DNA of 64,000 nt from an uncultured Verrucomicrobiae bacterium (GCA_963735805.1 CAVTMK010000003.1:256001-320000); one strand, 5' to 3'. Shown: positions 10,916-21,782, numbered from the stretch's first letter. Numbers and translations are program-made. Notes: generated by a model from the letters alone, not told the origin.

Positions 10916-11538
10916 ATACAGAGGACGCCAAAGAAATCCTGCTTCTCTACCGCGGACCGATCGACGACTCCGATCCGCAATTTCAAGCGGCTTTGGACTA
11001 CGCCAAAAGCGATCCGGAGCTTGGCCGATGGTTGCGAGAGCAAACTGAATGTTACGATACGATCCGGGCGAAGCTTCGCGCAATCGAACCGGCGCCTGGG
11101 TTGTCTGAGAAGATTGTGCGCAGACGGCCGATCCCGTTTCCGCGCGATTGGTCGCGCATTGGTCAGATCGCGGCAGCGATCCTCATCTCGGCCGGTGTCA
11201 CCGGACTGTTGATGAAATGGTCGGAGCGCCGCCACTCTTCTGTCGCTGGCGCGCAGGAAATTGTGGTGACTGGTGAAGTGCTCGATATGACTTGCTACAT
11301 CGCCTACAACTTGAGCGGTCCCGATCACGCCAAGTGCGCCAGAGACTGCATCAGAAGCGGGTTGCCCGCCGGAATCAAAGCTCGAGATGGAAAGGTGTAT
11401 TTGCTGACTGGCAAAGCCGGCCATTCCATTAACGCCGAGGTGGCGGACTACGCTGCCAAGACTGTAACAATCAAAGGAAGGCAAAGTGTGCGAGACGGCT
11501 TCGCGCAACTTCAAGTCGAAGAAATTCGGACATTGTGA
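10912..11538 (+). CDS. Putative anti-sigma factor with TM helix and Cys/His-containing extracytoplasmic domain
   Basis: ATGA overlap with the sigma gene; TM IGQIAAAILISAGVTGLLM; GEVLDMTCY...HAKCARDC. Confidence 0.7.
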   Translation: MNTEDAKEILLLYRGPIDDSDPQFQAALDYAKSDPELGRWLREQTECYDTIRAKLRAIEPAPGLSEKIVRRRPIPFPRDWSRIGQIAAAILISAGVTGLLMKWSERRHSSVAGAQEIVVTGEVLDMTCYIAYNLSGPDHAKCARDCIRSGLPAGIKARDGKVYLLTGKAGHSINAEVADYAAKTVTIKGRQSVRDGFAQLQVEEIRTL

Positions 11539-11636
11539 TCGCAAGCGGCCGCTCGTCACGATGGATCAGAGCTTCGATGCGACCCCGCTTTGCCACCTGT
11601 CACTACAATGAACCGGAGCGAATGAGTGAAACGTTT

Positions 11637-12152
11637 TTACTGCTGCTGCGGTTGCCGGAGCGAATCCTTGACCGAGTCCGGTAATTTGTTGGCGTTTCGC
11701 AGCAAAAGACTCACCTGCCAAATCTCCGAATCGCTCAGTTTCTTGTCGAACCTCGGCATGGCGCTGAAACGCACGCCGTTTTTCACCACCCAGTGAGTGG
11801 CGCCTACCGGATCGTCGGTTACACCGGTTCCTGGCGGAAGCAGGTGCGGCGGGAGCGGATAAAACCCCTTCGCACCACTGGATGCCTGGTCCAGTTTTCC
11901 GTGACACCCTGCGCAAGCCTGCATATATATCTTGGCGCCCGCCAGAAGATTGGTCTCGTCTGCTGGTAACGGCGATGGATCATTCGCACTCTTACCAATC
12001 GACGCGGTAATAGCCGAGCCCGCAATGGTCTCCTCCAACGGTAACGGTTTGGTATCCGTCCCCATGAAAACTCCGCCGCGCGCCACAAAAAGATAGCCGG
12101 CCAGCACAACGAGCCCAATGCCAACGACAACCCCGAGGAAGAACTTAATCAT
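11637..12152 (-). CDS. Membrane-anchored c-type cytochrome
   Basis: CAGCH heme motif, NGVRFSAMP, N-terminal TM. Confidence 0.88.
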   Translation of the reverse strand: MIKFFLGVVVGIGLVVLAGYLFVARGGVFMGTDTKPLPLEETIAGSAITASIGKSANDPSPLPADETNLLAGAKIYMQACAGCHGKLDQASSGAKGFYPLPPHLLPPGTGVTDDPVGATHWVVKNGVRFSAMPRFDKKLSDSEIWQVSLLLRNANKLPDSVKDSLRQPQQQ

Positions 12153-12250
12153 GCTTTATTGACGCAGAGGTAACCAAAAAAATAAAGGACTTTCCCGCTT
12201 CTCTACTTCTCAACACCCGACCCTGTAACCGCGTTTTCGCCGGAATCTGG

Positions 12251-13691
12251 TCACTCCGGGGAGACAATGTATTGCTCAAGTTTTCCGTCCGGCATGGCGT
12301 AGGTACTAACTTCCAGGGTTTTCTTTTGAAATTTTGCCCGGTAGCGATGCGCCGTCATTCCACCGCGCAATCCTTCGCTGACCAATTCGAAGTCAGTGGG
12401 AGCGCCAAGAGATGCGAGGCTACTCGCGAGGTCATGCAAACATTGTTTCTCAAAATAAGCGTTGGCGTTCTCGGTAAAAAGTGAACGATCGATCTTACCT
12501 TTTTGAAGATCAACCAGGATCGCTTTGGCCTTTGCCAGCGAGTCACGATTGCCAGTCGGGGCGAAGATTATTTCACCGATCTTATTCGCCAGATTCACGG
12601 CTGCTCGATTGGCATCCATGTTAGTCAACACGATGACCGCTGCACGATCGTCGGGATAAATTGCGTTCTGCGCCGTGAACCCGGAAACTTCCCCGCCGTG
12701 CGCCAGTACCCGGCGACCGTTAACCAAACTTACACCGACGCCCAGGCCATATTGAGTACCTGGCGCCATTCTTCAGCAGCTCCGCTGTTTCCATCTCGCG
12801 GTAGGACTCCGGTTTCAGGATTGCCCGGTCGATCATCGAGATATCCCATTCGGCTAAATCGGATGCCGTCATCGCCAGCTCGCCTGCGGCAAATAGCCAA
12901 CCTTTTCCTTCCTTCGGAGCCGGACGCGCCGGGCCGAGCCCGTAGCGATGGTAGCGAGTCGGTGCTTCGGATGGGAGAGCCGAGCTATCACAATCAAACA
13001 CACTCTTCATTCCGAGCCGATCGAAGACGCGGCGGCGCAGAAAGTCGACCACAGACATCCCGGTGAGTCGCTCCAGTATCACGCCGGCGGCGACGTAGTT
13101 CGTGTTACTGTATTGCCACTTCGTTCCCGGCTCGAAATCGAGCGGCTTTTGCAACCAGCCTTTCAAGATTTCCTCCGGCAAAGCAGGTTTCATCATCGAA
13201 GGCATGACATAATCTTGTGGCCAGTAATCCTGGTAACCGGAAGTCATCGAGAGCACCTGGCGGATCGTAACTTTGTCCGTCCGCTCAAGCTCGGGTAACC
13301 AGCGCCCGACAGGATCGTCAAGCGAGAGTTTGCCTTGCTCGGCCAGCAGAAGCATGGATGCGGCGGTGAATTGTTTGCTGATCGATCCAACGCTGTAAAT
13401 CATCGAGGTCGTCGCGGGCCGATGCGATGCGATGTCGGCTAAACCGTAAGCTTTGGTGTAAGCCAGCTTTCCGTCCTTCACCACCGCGATCGAGGCACTC
13501 GGGACACCGCTTTCGCTCAGCATTTTCGTGGCTGCTTCGTCGATTTTCTTACTGACCTCGAGCGGAAGAGAATTTGTTTCGTCTGTCGCGGACGACGCTG
13601 GCGATGGTGTTGGTTCGCCAAAGGCGGCGTGGCCGGAAAGAAGGAAAACAGACAGAACGACAGTTACGCGGGCGATTGAAACGTTTTTCAT
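12251..13691 (-). pseudogene. Serine hydrolase (beta-lactamase/AmpC-like fold) with one frameshift near 12762
   Basis: SISK, YSN and HGG motifs split across two frames; removing one C restores NGAGTQYGLG. Confidence 0.85.
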
Positions 13692-13815
13692 AGGGTTTGA
13701 ATCTCCTGGAGCGTAGCGGTCGGAGCGGCAAATTGGTAACTTAAGTTACCATGACCTCAAGGCTGCGTTCCCTATTGTGAATGACGTCAATCAAAAAACA
13801 GAAAAAGAAAAACAT

Positions 13816-14589
13816 ATGGATAAAAAAATGAAAATCGTGGTTATCGGAGGCACCGGCCTCATCGGAACAAAAGTGGTAAACAATCTTCGGCACCGTGGCC
13901 ATGAGGTCATTGCTGCCTCACCCAAAACCGGCGTTAACACCTTTACTGGTGAGGGACTGGCTGAAGCGCTAAGAGGCGCTCAGGTCGTCGTTGACGTCGC
14001 GAACGCGCCAAAGTGGGAGGACAAGGCGGTAATGGAATTTTTCCAGAAGGAGGGCCGTAACTTACTTGATGCGGAAACGACCGCCGGTGTACGCCACCAC
14101 GTAGCGCTGTCAATCGTGGGCGCTGATCAGCTTCCAGCGAGCGGGTATCTGCGCGCGAAAGTGGCTCAGGAAAACCTGATCAAGGCATCAGGAATTCCAT
14201 TCACCATCGTTCGCTCGACGCAGTTCTTCGAGTTCGTGAAGGGCATTATCCAATCGGCCACCCAAGGACAAACAGTCCGGTTATCATCAGCTCTCATGCA
14301 GCCTATCGCGGCGGACGACGTCGCCACCGCTCTGACTGGCTTCGCACTCGCCGAGCCAATAAACGGTACCGTCGAAATTGCCGGTCCCGAAATAATTCGA
14401 ATGGATGAATTGGCCCAGCGTTTCTTGAGCGCAACGCGAGATGCGAGGAAGGTGATCACGGACGCCCACGCCTTGTACTTCGGCACAGAGCTGAACGATC
14501 GAAGCCTTATCCCCGGTGATAACGCGCGCCTGGCCCCGATGCGTTTCGAGGAGTGGCTCAACCGCTCCACTGCGCAAAAGGCAGCGTGA
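13816..14589 (+). CDS. NmrA-like/SDR NAD(P)-binding protein
   Basis: MKIVVIGGTGLIG, HHVALSIVG, YLRAKVAQE, RSTQFFEF. Confidence 0.88.
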   Translation: MDKKMKIVVIGGTGLIGTKVVNNLRHRGHEVIAASPKTGVNTFTGEGLAEALRGAQVVVDVANAPKWEDKAVMEFFQKEGRNLLDAETTAGVRHHVALSIVGADQLPASGYLRAKVAQENLIKASGIPFTIVRSTQFFEFVKGIIQSATQGQTVRLSSALMQPIAADDVATALTGFALAEPINGTVEIAGPEIIRMDELAQRFLSATRDARKVITDAHALYFGTELNDRSLIPGDNARLAPMRFEEWLNRSTAQKAA

Positions 14590-14778
14590 ACTCAGGAGAC
14601 TAGGACACGGCGGCAGATCGCATGATACTTAGCGGTCTGCCGCACATCCAGGCACTTCGGACGAGCTCTTTCCAGAAAGCATCCAACGGTTGTTAATGTA
14701 AATCTCAGCTACGGCCGTCGCTAAGGTCGTCGGAGCGACTATCCGCCAGTCCGGCTCGGACCCATCCGATGCTTGACG

Positions 14779-14800
14779 CGCCGTAGCTTCGGCGAAGGCG
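14779..14800. repeat. GCCGTAG-[hairpin]-CGAAGGC palindrome (related copy at 23017-23048)
   Basis: cgccgtagcttcggcgaaggcg vs agccgtagtcccgcgaccgcgggacgaaggct. Confidence 0.5.
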
Positions 14801-14824
14801 GATCGCTAATCCCATTCGCTCCAT

Positions 14825-14904
14825 TGTATCTAGGCTGCGCCCGCAGCGTTCGACCGCTACCTCGCGGCTTTACCGGCCATGTCGCTCATCCCATTCGCTC
14901 CATT
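14825..14904 (+). repeat. Dispersed intergenic repeat, module A (second copy at 49871-49953)
   Basis: tgtatc..ggctgcgcccgcagcg.tcgaccgctacc...tcgctcatcccattc.ctccatt shared. Confidence 0.8.
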
Positions 14905-15089
14905 CTTCTTAATTCTTACTTCTTACTTCTGGCTGATCCCGACCGTGCTCGGTGAGTTTAAGAACGGTGGCGGCGACGTTACCATCAGGAATTGCGGTCT
15001 AAGCAGACGATGCTTTTTTCGTGCGACCATTCGCCTTTGTCCGGCATTTGCGCGAAGTTTCGCGGGTAACTCAGCTTCTTCATTGACGT

Positions 15090-15932
15090 ATGCACACGAG
15101 AATGACGCTAAGCATGGTTCTCATGATGTTGCTTTCGAGCTTCGCGCGCGCAGAGTGGCGGTTCGCAGGAGAGACGGGAGTGGTTTATAACAGCAATCTC
15201 TCGAATTCCGATCGCTCCGCCGATGTGCGCGATGATTGGGCATGGAGCAGCGATTTAAGTGCCGGCGATGCTCTCCAGCTTGCGCGTGATTTACGACTGA
15301 ATTTTGGAGCGGATTTGCGCGGCGAGCTGTGGGATCGCTTCGGTGCGTTTAATACCATCGGCCCGGGCGCTTCCGCCGGCTTACGCTATCGGTTCGGTTT
15401 GGGCCGCCAGGCGCCCTGGGTTTTGCTGGAGGACCGGTTTGGCTACGATCGGTTCCAGGACACTTCACAAAGCGGTTATGACAACGTCCTCAATTTTCAG
15501 ACCGGCATTGCGCTTTCTGACCGGATCGCGCTGGAAGGTGGTTATGCGTTCGAAAGCTTTGTCGCGCCTAACGATTTCTACGATCGGCAGCTTCATCGCG
15601 CCAATGCGAGCATCGTCTTCGATGTTACCTCATCCCTCCAGGTCACCGCGGGCTACATCTATCGCGAGGGTGATGTGATTTCATACGCTGTTCCACCGCG
15701 GCCCGATATTGCCCGGTTCTCGATCGAACGCGAAGATGAAGACGAGTTCGGCCAGCCGCTACGTACCGCCTACAAATTGTTGGGACGCACCCATGCACTT
15801 TCGTTTTCAGTTGCCTATCAACTGACGAAGTACGCGTCGGTTCAGCTCGGGTACGAATATGCCATCACCACGCACGATCCGTTGCAATACGAGAACCACG
15901 TGGTGGAAGCGAACATCGCCGTGGCGTATTAA
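15090..15932 (+). CDS. Putative outer-membrane beta-barrel protein
   Basis: Signal peptide, alternating amphipathic strands, terminal aromatic (IAVAY). Confidence 0.7.
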   Translation: MHTRMTLSMVLMMLLSSFARAEWRFAGETGVVYNSNLSNSDRSADVRDDWAWSSDLSAGDALQLARDLRLNFGADLRGELWDRFGAFNTIGPGASAGLRYRFGLGRQAPWVLLEDRFGYDRFQDTSQSGYDNVLNFQTGIALSDRIALEGGYAFESFVAPNDFYDRQLHRANASIVFDVTSSLQVTAGYIYREGDVISYAVPPRPDIARFSIEREDEDEFGQPLRTAYKLLGRTHALSFSVAYQLTKYASVQLGYEYAITTHDPLQYENHVVEANIAVAY

Positions 15933-15933
15933 G

Positions 15934-16581
15934 ATGAGGCTGTCGCGCGGATTGGTGCTGCTTACTGTCTTGGTTTTCGCACGCGATCTCATCGCCGGGT
16001 CGCTGGAGGTCATCGTCAAGGACGACAAAGGCCGGCCGGTTTCCGATGCCGTTGCCTATGCGGCTGCCGCGGGCGCTGTAAACGCGGCGCCGAAAAAGCA
16101 GGCGGTCGTCGACCAACGCGACAAGCAATTCGTTCCTTACGTGACAGCAGTACAAACGGGCACCGCGGTCATTTTCCCGAACAGCGATAATATTCGACAT
16201 CACGTTTACTCATTTTCGCCCGCGAAAAAATTCGAACTGCCGCTTTACAGCGGCGTTCCCGCGGAACCGGTGGTGTTCGATAAGGTCGGCTTCATCACTC
16301 TCGGCTGTAACATTCATGACTGGATGATTGCTTACATCGCCGTGCTGCCGACACCGCATTTTCAAGTGACGAGACAAGACGGACGCGCCGTGTTGAAAGA
16401 TCTGCCCGCTGGCCAATACACCGTGCAGGTGTGGCATCCGACGTTGAAAGGCCAACCGGAAGCGCTCGCCCAACGGGTTGATGTCGGCAGCGGCACAAAA
16501 AGTTTGCCGTTCACTCTGCCGCTTAAGCACGACGTGCGTGCCAAGCGGGCGCCCGGCTTAACCACTGGAGGCTATCGCTGA
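15934..16581 (+). CDS. Secreted cupredoxin-like / carboxypeptidase-regulatory-like protein ('methylamine utilization protein' type)
   Basis: FVPYVTAV..GTAVIFPNSDNIRHHVYSFS, GCNIHDWM, VWHP. Confidence 0.85.
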   Translation: MRLSRGLVLLTVLVFARDLIAGSLEVIVKDDKGRPVSDAVAYAAAAGAVNAAPKKQAVVDQRDKQFVPYVTAVQTGTAVIFPNSDNIRHHVYSFSPAKKFELPLYSGVPAEPVVFDKVGFITLGCNIHDWMIAYIAVLPTPHFQVTRQDGRAVLKDLPAGQYTVQVWHPTLKGQPEALAQRVDVGSGTKSLPFTLPLKHDVRAKRAPGLTTGGYR

Positions 16582-18260
16582 AATTTCGATTCCGCAGTTT
16601 TCGGAGCCGGCTGCTCTTTTTCCTGATTGCGCTCCTGACGTTGTTGCAATGCGCAATTTACCTTCTCGTCCGGCAGGCAAATCGACAGCATGCCGTGGCG
16701 CAGATTCAATCCAGCCTCCGCACTGGTGCCCGCATTTTCGAAAAGCTGATCGAACAGCGTAACCAGCAGATCACGACCGCGGCCGCCATTCTTTCGCGCG
16801 ATCACGCGTTTCAGGAAACCTTTGCCGGGGCCGATCAGGACCGTGAGACTACGCTATCTGCATTAGCGAGCCTCCGCGGCCGTGTCAGGGCCGACGCGGT
16901 TTTGATCGCATCTCTCGACGAGGAACTTCTTTTCGACACGCGCCGACCACAATTGCACGGCGTGCCATTTCCTTTTCCAAAACTGATCGAGAAAGCCGAG
17001 ACGAACGATGCCACCTACTCGTTTGTTGTCCTTGACCGCGAACTCTACGCCATCGCGGTCGCGCCATTGCTCGCGCCGGACCCCATTGCGTGGCTTTGTC
17101 CAATGTTCCGTATCGACGACGATTTCGCGCGTGAAATCAAAGTCTACACCAACCTCGAGATCACTTTTCTCAATGGCGCCGACTTGTTTGGCACGACGCT
17201 GCCGAACCGGCGCGACATTACTCAAATGCTGCGCAATCGCGCGCTCCCACCGAAGCAGGTAATTGATCTTCACCTGGCACGGGAAATTTTCGTTAGCTAC
17301 GCCGTCCCGCTTCCAGCCGAGAACGCGCACCCCATCGCACTGCTGCAGCGATCGCTCGACAACGAACTCGCGCCCTATCTTCGACTTGAACGATTCTACC
17401 TGATCCTGGCGCTCGTAGGTTTGATCGTATCCGCGATACTTGGCTTGTGGATCGCGCGCGGCGTTTCCCGGCCGGTATCGGAGTTGGCCAGCGGCGCGCG
17501 TGAGATAGCGGCCGGAAATTACAATTACCGAGTCAAACTTAAGCAGGAGGATGAAATCGGATCGCTCGCCGCCTCCTTCAATCAAATGAGCGCTGGCCTG
17601 GCAGAACGCGACCGTGTTCGCGACTTGTTAGGCAAGGTCGTCTCCCCGGCGATCGCGTCGGAGTTACTCCGGAAGAAGGTCACGCTCGGCGGTGAGCAGC
17701 GGGAAGTGACCGTGCTCTTTTCGGACCTGCGAAACTTTACCAGAATGAGCGAAGCCCTCAGCCCCGAAGAGATGCTCGCGATTCTCAACCACTACTTCAC
17801 CCGGATGGCCGCCATCGTGGAAAAGCACGGCGGTGTGGTGGACAAGTATGTCGGCGACGCGCTCATGGCATTATTTGGCGCGCCGGTCGCGTCCGCGGAC
17901 GATGCCGACCGCGCGCTGCGCGCCGCATTAGAGATGACCACGGCGCTCGATGAGCTGAACCAGCAATGGCAGCAGCGCGGCTTGCCTACTATCGGTGTCG
18001 GCATTGGAATTAACACTGGCGTTGTAGTCGCCGGCAACATGGGCTCGGAAAAGCGGCTCAACTACACTGTCATCGGCGATGGAGTTAACCTCGCCTCCCG
18101 CCTCGAAGAGTTGACGAAAACACCGGAATATGACGCGCGGGTTATTGTCAGCGGCGCCACGCTGGCGAAAGCGAAAGATAAGTATCGCACCCGCCGGCTC
18201 GGCGAAGTGGCGGTGAAGGGAAAACAAATCCCAACAGAAATCTTCGCGCTTCTCGGCTGA
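16578..18260 (+). CDS. Membrane class III adenylate/guanylate cyclase with periplasmic sensor and HAMP domain
   Basis: VLFSDLRNFT, VDKYVGDALMALFG, YTVIGDGVNLASRLE, DEIGSLAASFNQM; frame open back to CTG 16578 after GGAGG. Confidence 0.9.
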   Translation: MKFRFRSFRSRLLFFLIALLTLLQCAIYLLVRQANRQHAVAQIQSSLRTGARIFEKLIEQRNQQITTAAAILSRDHAFQETFAGADQDRETTLSALASLRGRVRADAVLIASLDEELLFDTRRPQLHGVPFPFPKLIEKAETNDATYSFVVLDRELYAIAVAPLLAPDPIAWLCPMFRIDDDFAREIKVYTNLEITFLNGADLFGTTLPNRRDITQMLRNRALPPKQVIDLHLAREIFVSYAVPLPAENAHPIALLQRSLDNELAPYLRLERFYLILALVGLIVSAILGLWIARGVSRPVSELASGAREIAAGNYNYRVKLKQEDEIGSLAASFNQMSAGLAERDRVRDLLGKVVSPAIASELLRKKVTLGGEQREVTVLFSDLRNFTRMSEALSPEEMLAILNHYFTRMAAIVEKHGGVVDKYVGDALMALFGAPVASADDADRALRAALEMTTALDELNQQWQQRGLPTIGVGIGINTGVVVAGNMGSEKRLNYTVIGDGVNLASRLEELTKTPEYDARVIVSGATLAKAKDKYRTRRLGEVAVKGKQIPTEIFALLG

Positions 18261-18347
18261 GGAACAGAGAGTCCGAAAGGATCAGAGCTCCGCACACTCT
18301 GAAATGTTAGATACGCCCGCGCTTTCTCACCGATTCTGACTAATGAA

Positions 18348-19721
18348 TCAACGATGCCTTCGATAAGATCTGCGCGGCGGACGGTTGTTCGATGAAGCAT
18401 TCCGGAAACGCCACCCGATCTGGCCGTGCGGGGCATCGCCGCTTCAGCGGAGAATTTCCCGGTAGCCGCGGCTCGATCTTTCGCTGCGGGACTCGCGGCC
18501 GCCCCTGCCCCGCTCGTCGCGTGGCGGCGCAGCCTGATTGTAATCGAAACCTTCCGCCTTTTTCCGCACGATCCCGCGGCCGATGAAACGCTCGAGCGAA
18601 CGCAACGGCCCCTGATCTTCCGGCGTAATAAAGCTGATCGCATCACCGATGGCGTGTGCGCGGCCGGTGCGTCCGATGCGATGGACATAATCCTCTGAGT
18701 GCATCGGGAAATCGTAGTTCACCACATGCGAGATCCCATCCACATCGATGCCGCGCGCGGCAATGTCGGTGGCGACGAGCACACGGACGGCGCCCGATTT
18801 GAAATCCTTCAGCGCACGGAGCCGCTGGTTCTGCGAGCGATTGGAATGGATCGTTCCCGTTTTGATTCCGCTGCTTTCCAGACGGCGAGCGATCTTGTCG
18901 GCGCCGTGCTTGGTCCGGGCGAAAACAAGAACAGTGTCGAACTGTTGGATCGCCTAGCAGATGAAGCAGCAGCGCAGACTTCAAGTGCGGGCGAACTTCG
19001 TAGGCAAACTGCGTGACCGTCTCGGCCGGGTTCGCGCGCCGGCCAATCTGGACAATCTTGGGCGACTGTTGGAACTGGTGGGTCAACTGCTCGATTTCGC
19101 GCGAAAGCGAGGCGGAGAACATGAGCGTCTGCCGTTTCTGCGGCAATGCTTTCACGATCCGGCGAATCGGCGGAAGAAAACCCATGTCAAGCATTCGATC
19201 GGCCTCGTCGAGCACGAGAAACTCGACGCCGGAAAGATTGGCTACTCGTTGGTCCATCAGATCGATCAACCGCCCCGGTGTGGCTACGACAAGATCGACA
19301 CCGGAACGCAACGCCTCGATCTGCGGACGTTCACTCACCCCGCCGAAAACCGTGGCCATGCGCAACGGAACATGTTTCGCGTAAGCGCGAACGTTCTCCT
19401 CGATCTGCACCACCAGCTCACGAGTCGGCGCAACCACCAGCGACGCGCGCGGTGAGCTCGCGGCGTCTTCGACCGGACTGGCGATTGCGAGCTGCGTTAT
19501 CGGCCGGCATCACAGTTTGTTTCGATTCTGCGAGCTTCATTAGAATCGGCAGAACGAAAGCAGCCGTTTTTCCCGTGCCCGTCTGCGCAATCCCGATGAT
19601 ATCGTGTCCTGCCAGAATGAGCGGGATCGCCGCGATCTGAATCGGGGTCGGCTCGGTGTAGCCCGCGTCGCGGACGGCCTGTAACAATTTGGGGCGAAAG
19701 ATTGAGTGCGCGGAATGACAT
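18348..19721 (-). pseudogene. rhlE: DEAD-box RNA helicase (RhlE-like) with about three frameshifts (~19691, ~19450, ~18946); 3' end uncertain (18444 or 18348)
   Basis: [52 protein letters not shown] in successive frames. Confidence 0.85.
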
Positions 19722-19878
19722 GACGCGACAACTGTCGCCCGTTAAGTGCCCTCGCGCACCTACTCTTCCTTTAAATCTTTCGTGTGCGCGCCACCTTCTA
19801 TGTGGTTAGGCGAATTCGGCGAAAACAGCTCTACCTAATCGCCGAAACGCGAAGAATCTTGGTTCTAAGGGCTCTGAC

Positions 19879-20784
19879 GTGGAAAATCGCTCGCTGACTG
19901 GCTTTATGACACTATCAGGCATCCGCTCGCCTCTTGAGTTTCGCGTTGTCCACGTTAATGGCATTGCATTACACGTCGTTCTTGCCGGGCCCGCGAGCGG
20001 TAAACCCTTAATATTCCTTCACGGTTTTCCCGAGTTCTGGTTCGCCTGGCGCATGCAAATTGATCACTTCGTCTCTTTGGGATATCGCGTAATCATACCC
20101 GACCAACGAGGTTACAACTTAAGTGATAAACCTTCAGGCATTGCCAGCTATTCCATTGACCTGCTCGCCAGAGATGTCGTCGGCGTGTTGGATACCGTGA
20201 CAAATACAAGAGCGTTCGTGGTCGGGCACGACTGGGGAGCTGCTGTTGCCTGGTACTTGGCTGCCCGATATTCGGAAAGGGTTACCCGCACCGCGATGTT
20301 GAGCCTCCCCCACCCTCGCATTTTTATAAGGAACCTCTTCATGAACCCGGCGCAGCTGCGGAGGAGCTGGTATATATTGTTTTTTCAGCTTCCCTGTTTA
20401 CCTGAATTCATCCTGCAAAAGCGAGACTGGGCGCCGCTGGTTGGAGCGCTGCGGAATACTTCTCGTCCTGGGGTCCTTTCTGGTTCTGATCTCGAGCAGT
20501 ATAAGAAGTCGTGGGGCAGAAAGGGCACGCTAACAGCTATGCTTAACTGGTATCGAGCGGCCCTATGGTGTCCGTCGAAGTTTGCGTTGGAAGCTTCGCG
20601 AGTGAAAGTGCCGGCGCTTCTGATTTGGGGAAAGAACGACCAGTTCGGGAGTGAAGCAATGGCCGGAGAAAGTCTGCAGTACTGTGACGATGGACACCTT
20701 GAAATATTGGAGACTGCGACCCATTGGGTCCAACACGAAGAGCCCGCGCAAGTTAATACCTTGTTATCGCAATTCTTTGCCTGA
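19879..20784 (+). CDS. Alpha/beta hydrolase (epoxide hydrolase-like)
   Basis: LHGFPEFW, PDQRGYNLSDKP, GHDWGA, HWVQHE. Confidence 0.92.
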   Translation: MENRSLTGFMTLSGIRSPLEFRVVHVNGIALHVVLAGPASGKPLIFLHGFPEFWFAWRMQIDHFVSLGYRVIIPDQRGYNLSDKPSGIASYSIDLLARDVVGVLDTVTNTRAFVVGHDWGAAVAWYLAARYSERVTRTAMLSLPHPRIFIRNLFMNPAQLRRSWYILFFQLPCLPEFILQKRDWAPLVGALRNTSRPGVLSGSDLEQYKKSWGRKGTLTAMLNWYRAALWCPSKFALEASRVKVPALLIWGKNDQFGSEAMAGESLQYCDDGHLEILETATHWVQHEEPAQVNTLLSQFFA

Positions 20785-21036
20785 CTCCAGATGCGCACAA
20801 ACAAGGAAGTTGTAGCTAAGTCGCCATGTCTACTGGACCACCTGGATAGCTGCGGAGCATCTAACGCAGTAGAGTCATCACGCAATGAGGCACAGCATTT
20901 CACCGAGTATCGGACTAGCGCGGCCAGGCATGCGCTCCAGGGAACGGGCGCTAAACCATTTCCGCTTTGATGAGTAACTGGTCTTACACCATGATTGGGT
21001 TCGGCGGAGCGTCACAAATTCAAGAAGGAAACGAAA

Positions 21037-21672
21037 ATGTGGTTTGACCTCATTCTTGCCGCCGCGTTCGTGATCTTGTACGTGGCCTTCCGGGCCTGGT
21101 ATTCTCAAGGAGCGGGCAAACTCACTCAAGCCGAGATCGATCGATACCTGGCGATCATCGAAAAGCTACCATTGCCCGAGAGTGGGGTTCAGTCGTTCGT
21201 TGCCCGTCTTCGCCCATGGGCGGAGGCGGACGATGGCAAGCCGGTCTACATGTTTAATCTCATCCATTTCTTTCCCAGACTGCAGACGTTGCCCGGCGCG
21301 CCGGAGTTCAAGGGGACGCCCGAAGCGGCTAACGCACACTACGAAAAGAGCCTCCTATGGCTATGGTTGAGTCACGCGTCCTATCCAACCTTCATCGGAG
21401 CTCCCCAAGCCAGGAACCTGATCAACATCCAGCCAGAAAGAACCTGGGGCAATCTGACTGTCGTGCGTTATCCCAGCCGGCGCACGTTCTTGAAACTGAT
21501 TTCTCACTCCAGCTATGCGCGGGTTGCAGGTTACAAATTTATAGCAGTGGAGCTTGATTTGGTGCCGGTCTCAAGCCGCACGATTATCCCCGACCTTCGC
21601 TGGTTGGTAGGCGGCGGCCTTGCAATCATCTTCTTGTTAGTAGCATGGCTACGCGCCGCCCTGTTGTGGTGA
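21037..21672 (+). CDS. Hypothetical membrane protein (DUF1330-like core)
   Basis: DDGKPVYMFNL and VVRYPSRRTFL; TM at both ends; AAGGA SD before ATG 21037. Confidence 0.7.
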   Translation: MWFDLILAAAFVILYVAFRAWYSQGAGKLTQAEIDRYLAIIEKLPLPESGVQSFVARLRPWAEADDGKPVYMFNLIHFFPRLQTLPGAPEFKGTPEAANAHYEKSLLWLWLSHASYPTFIGAPQARNLINIQPERTWGNLTVVRYPSRRTFLKLISHSSYARVAGYKFIAVELDLVPVSSRTIIPDLRWLVGGGLAIIFLLVAWLRAALLW

Positions 21673-21684
21673 CCAGCCACTTCT

Positions 21685-21782
21685 TTGAAACTCGCTCGCT
21701 GCCCACCCTTTGACTCATGTGCTCCCGCTCATTTCGACCTGTCGGTTTGCCCATCTATGTCGCTGGCGGCCCCGCGGCTCGG
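21685..21782 (+). repeat. Dispersed intergenic repeat, module B (inverted copy at 27759-27835; start also at 49952-49977)
   Basis: tgactcat..gctcccgctc.tttcg.cctgtcgg.ttgcccatctatgtcgct.gcg.ccccgcggctc shared. Confidence 0.8.

Noticed and set aside
12251..13691. Bona fide beta-lactam resistance gene
   Set aside because: Generic serine hydrolase with an extra C-terminal domain; motifs do not establish beta-lactamase activity
18348..19721. Programmed ribosomal frameshifting in the DEAD-box helicase
   Set aside because: Several shifts without slippery heptamers; same pattern as other probable sequencing errors
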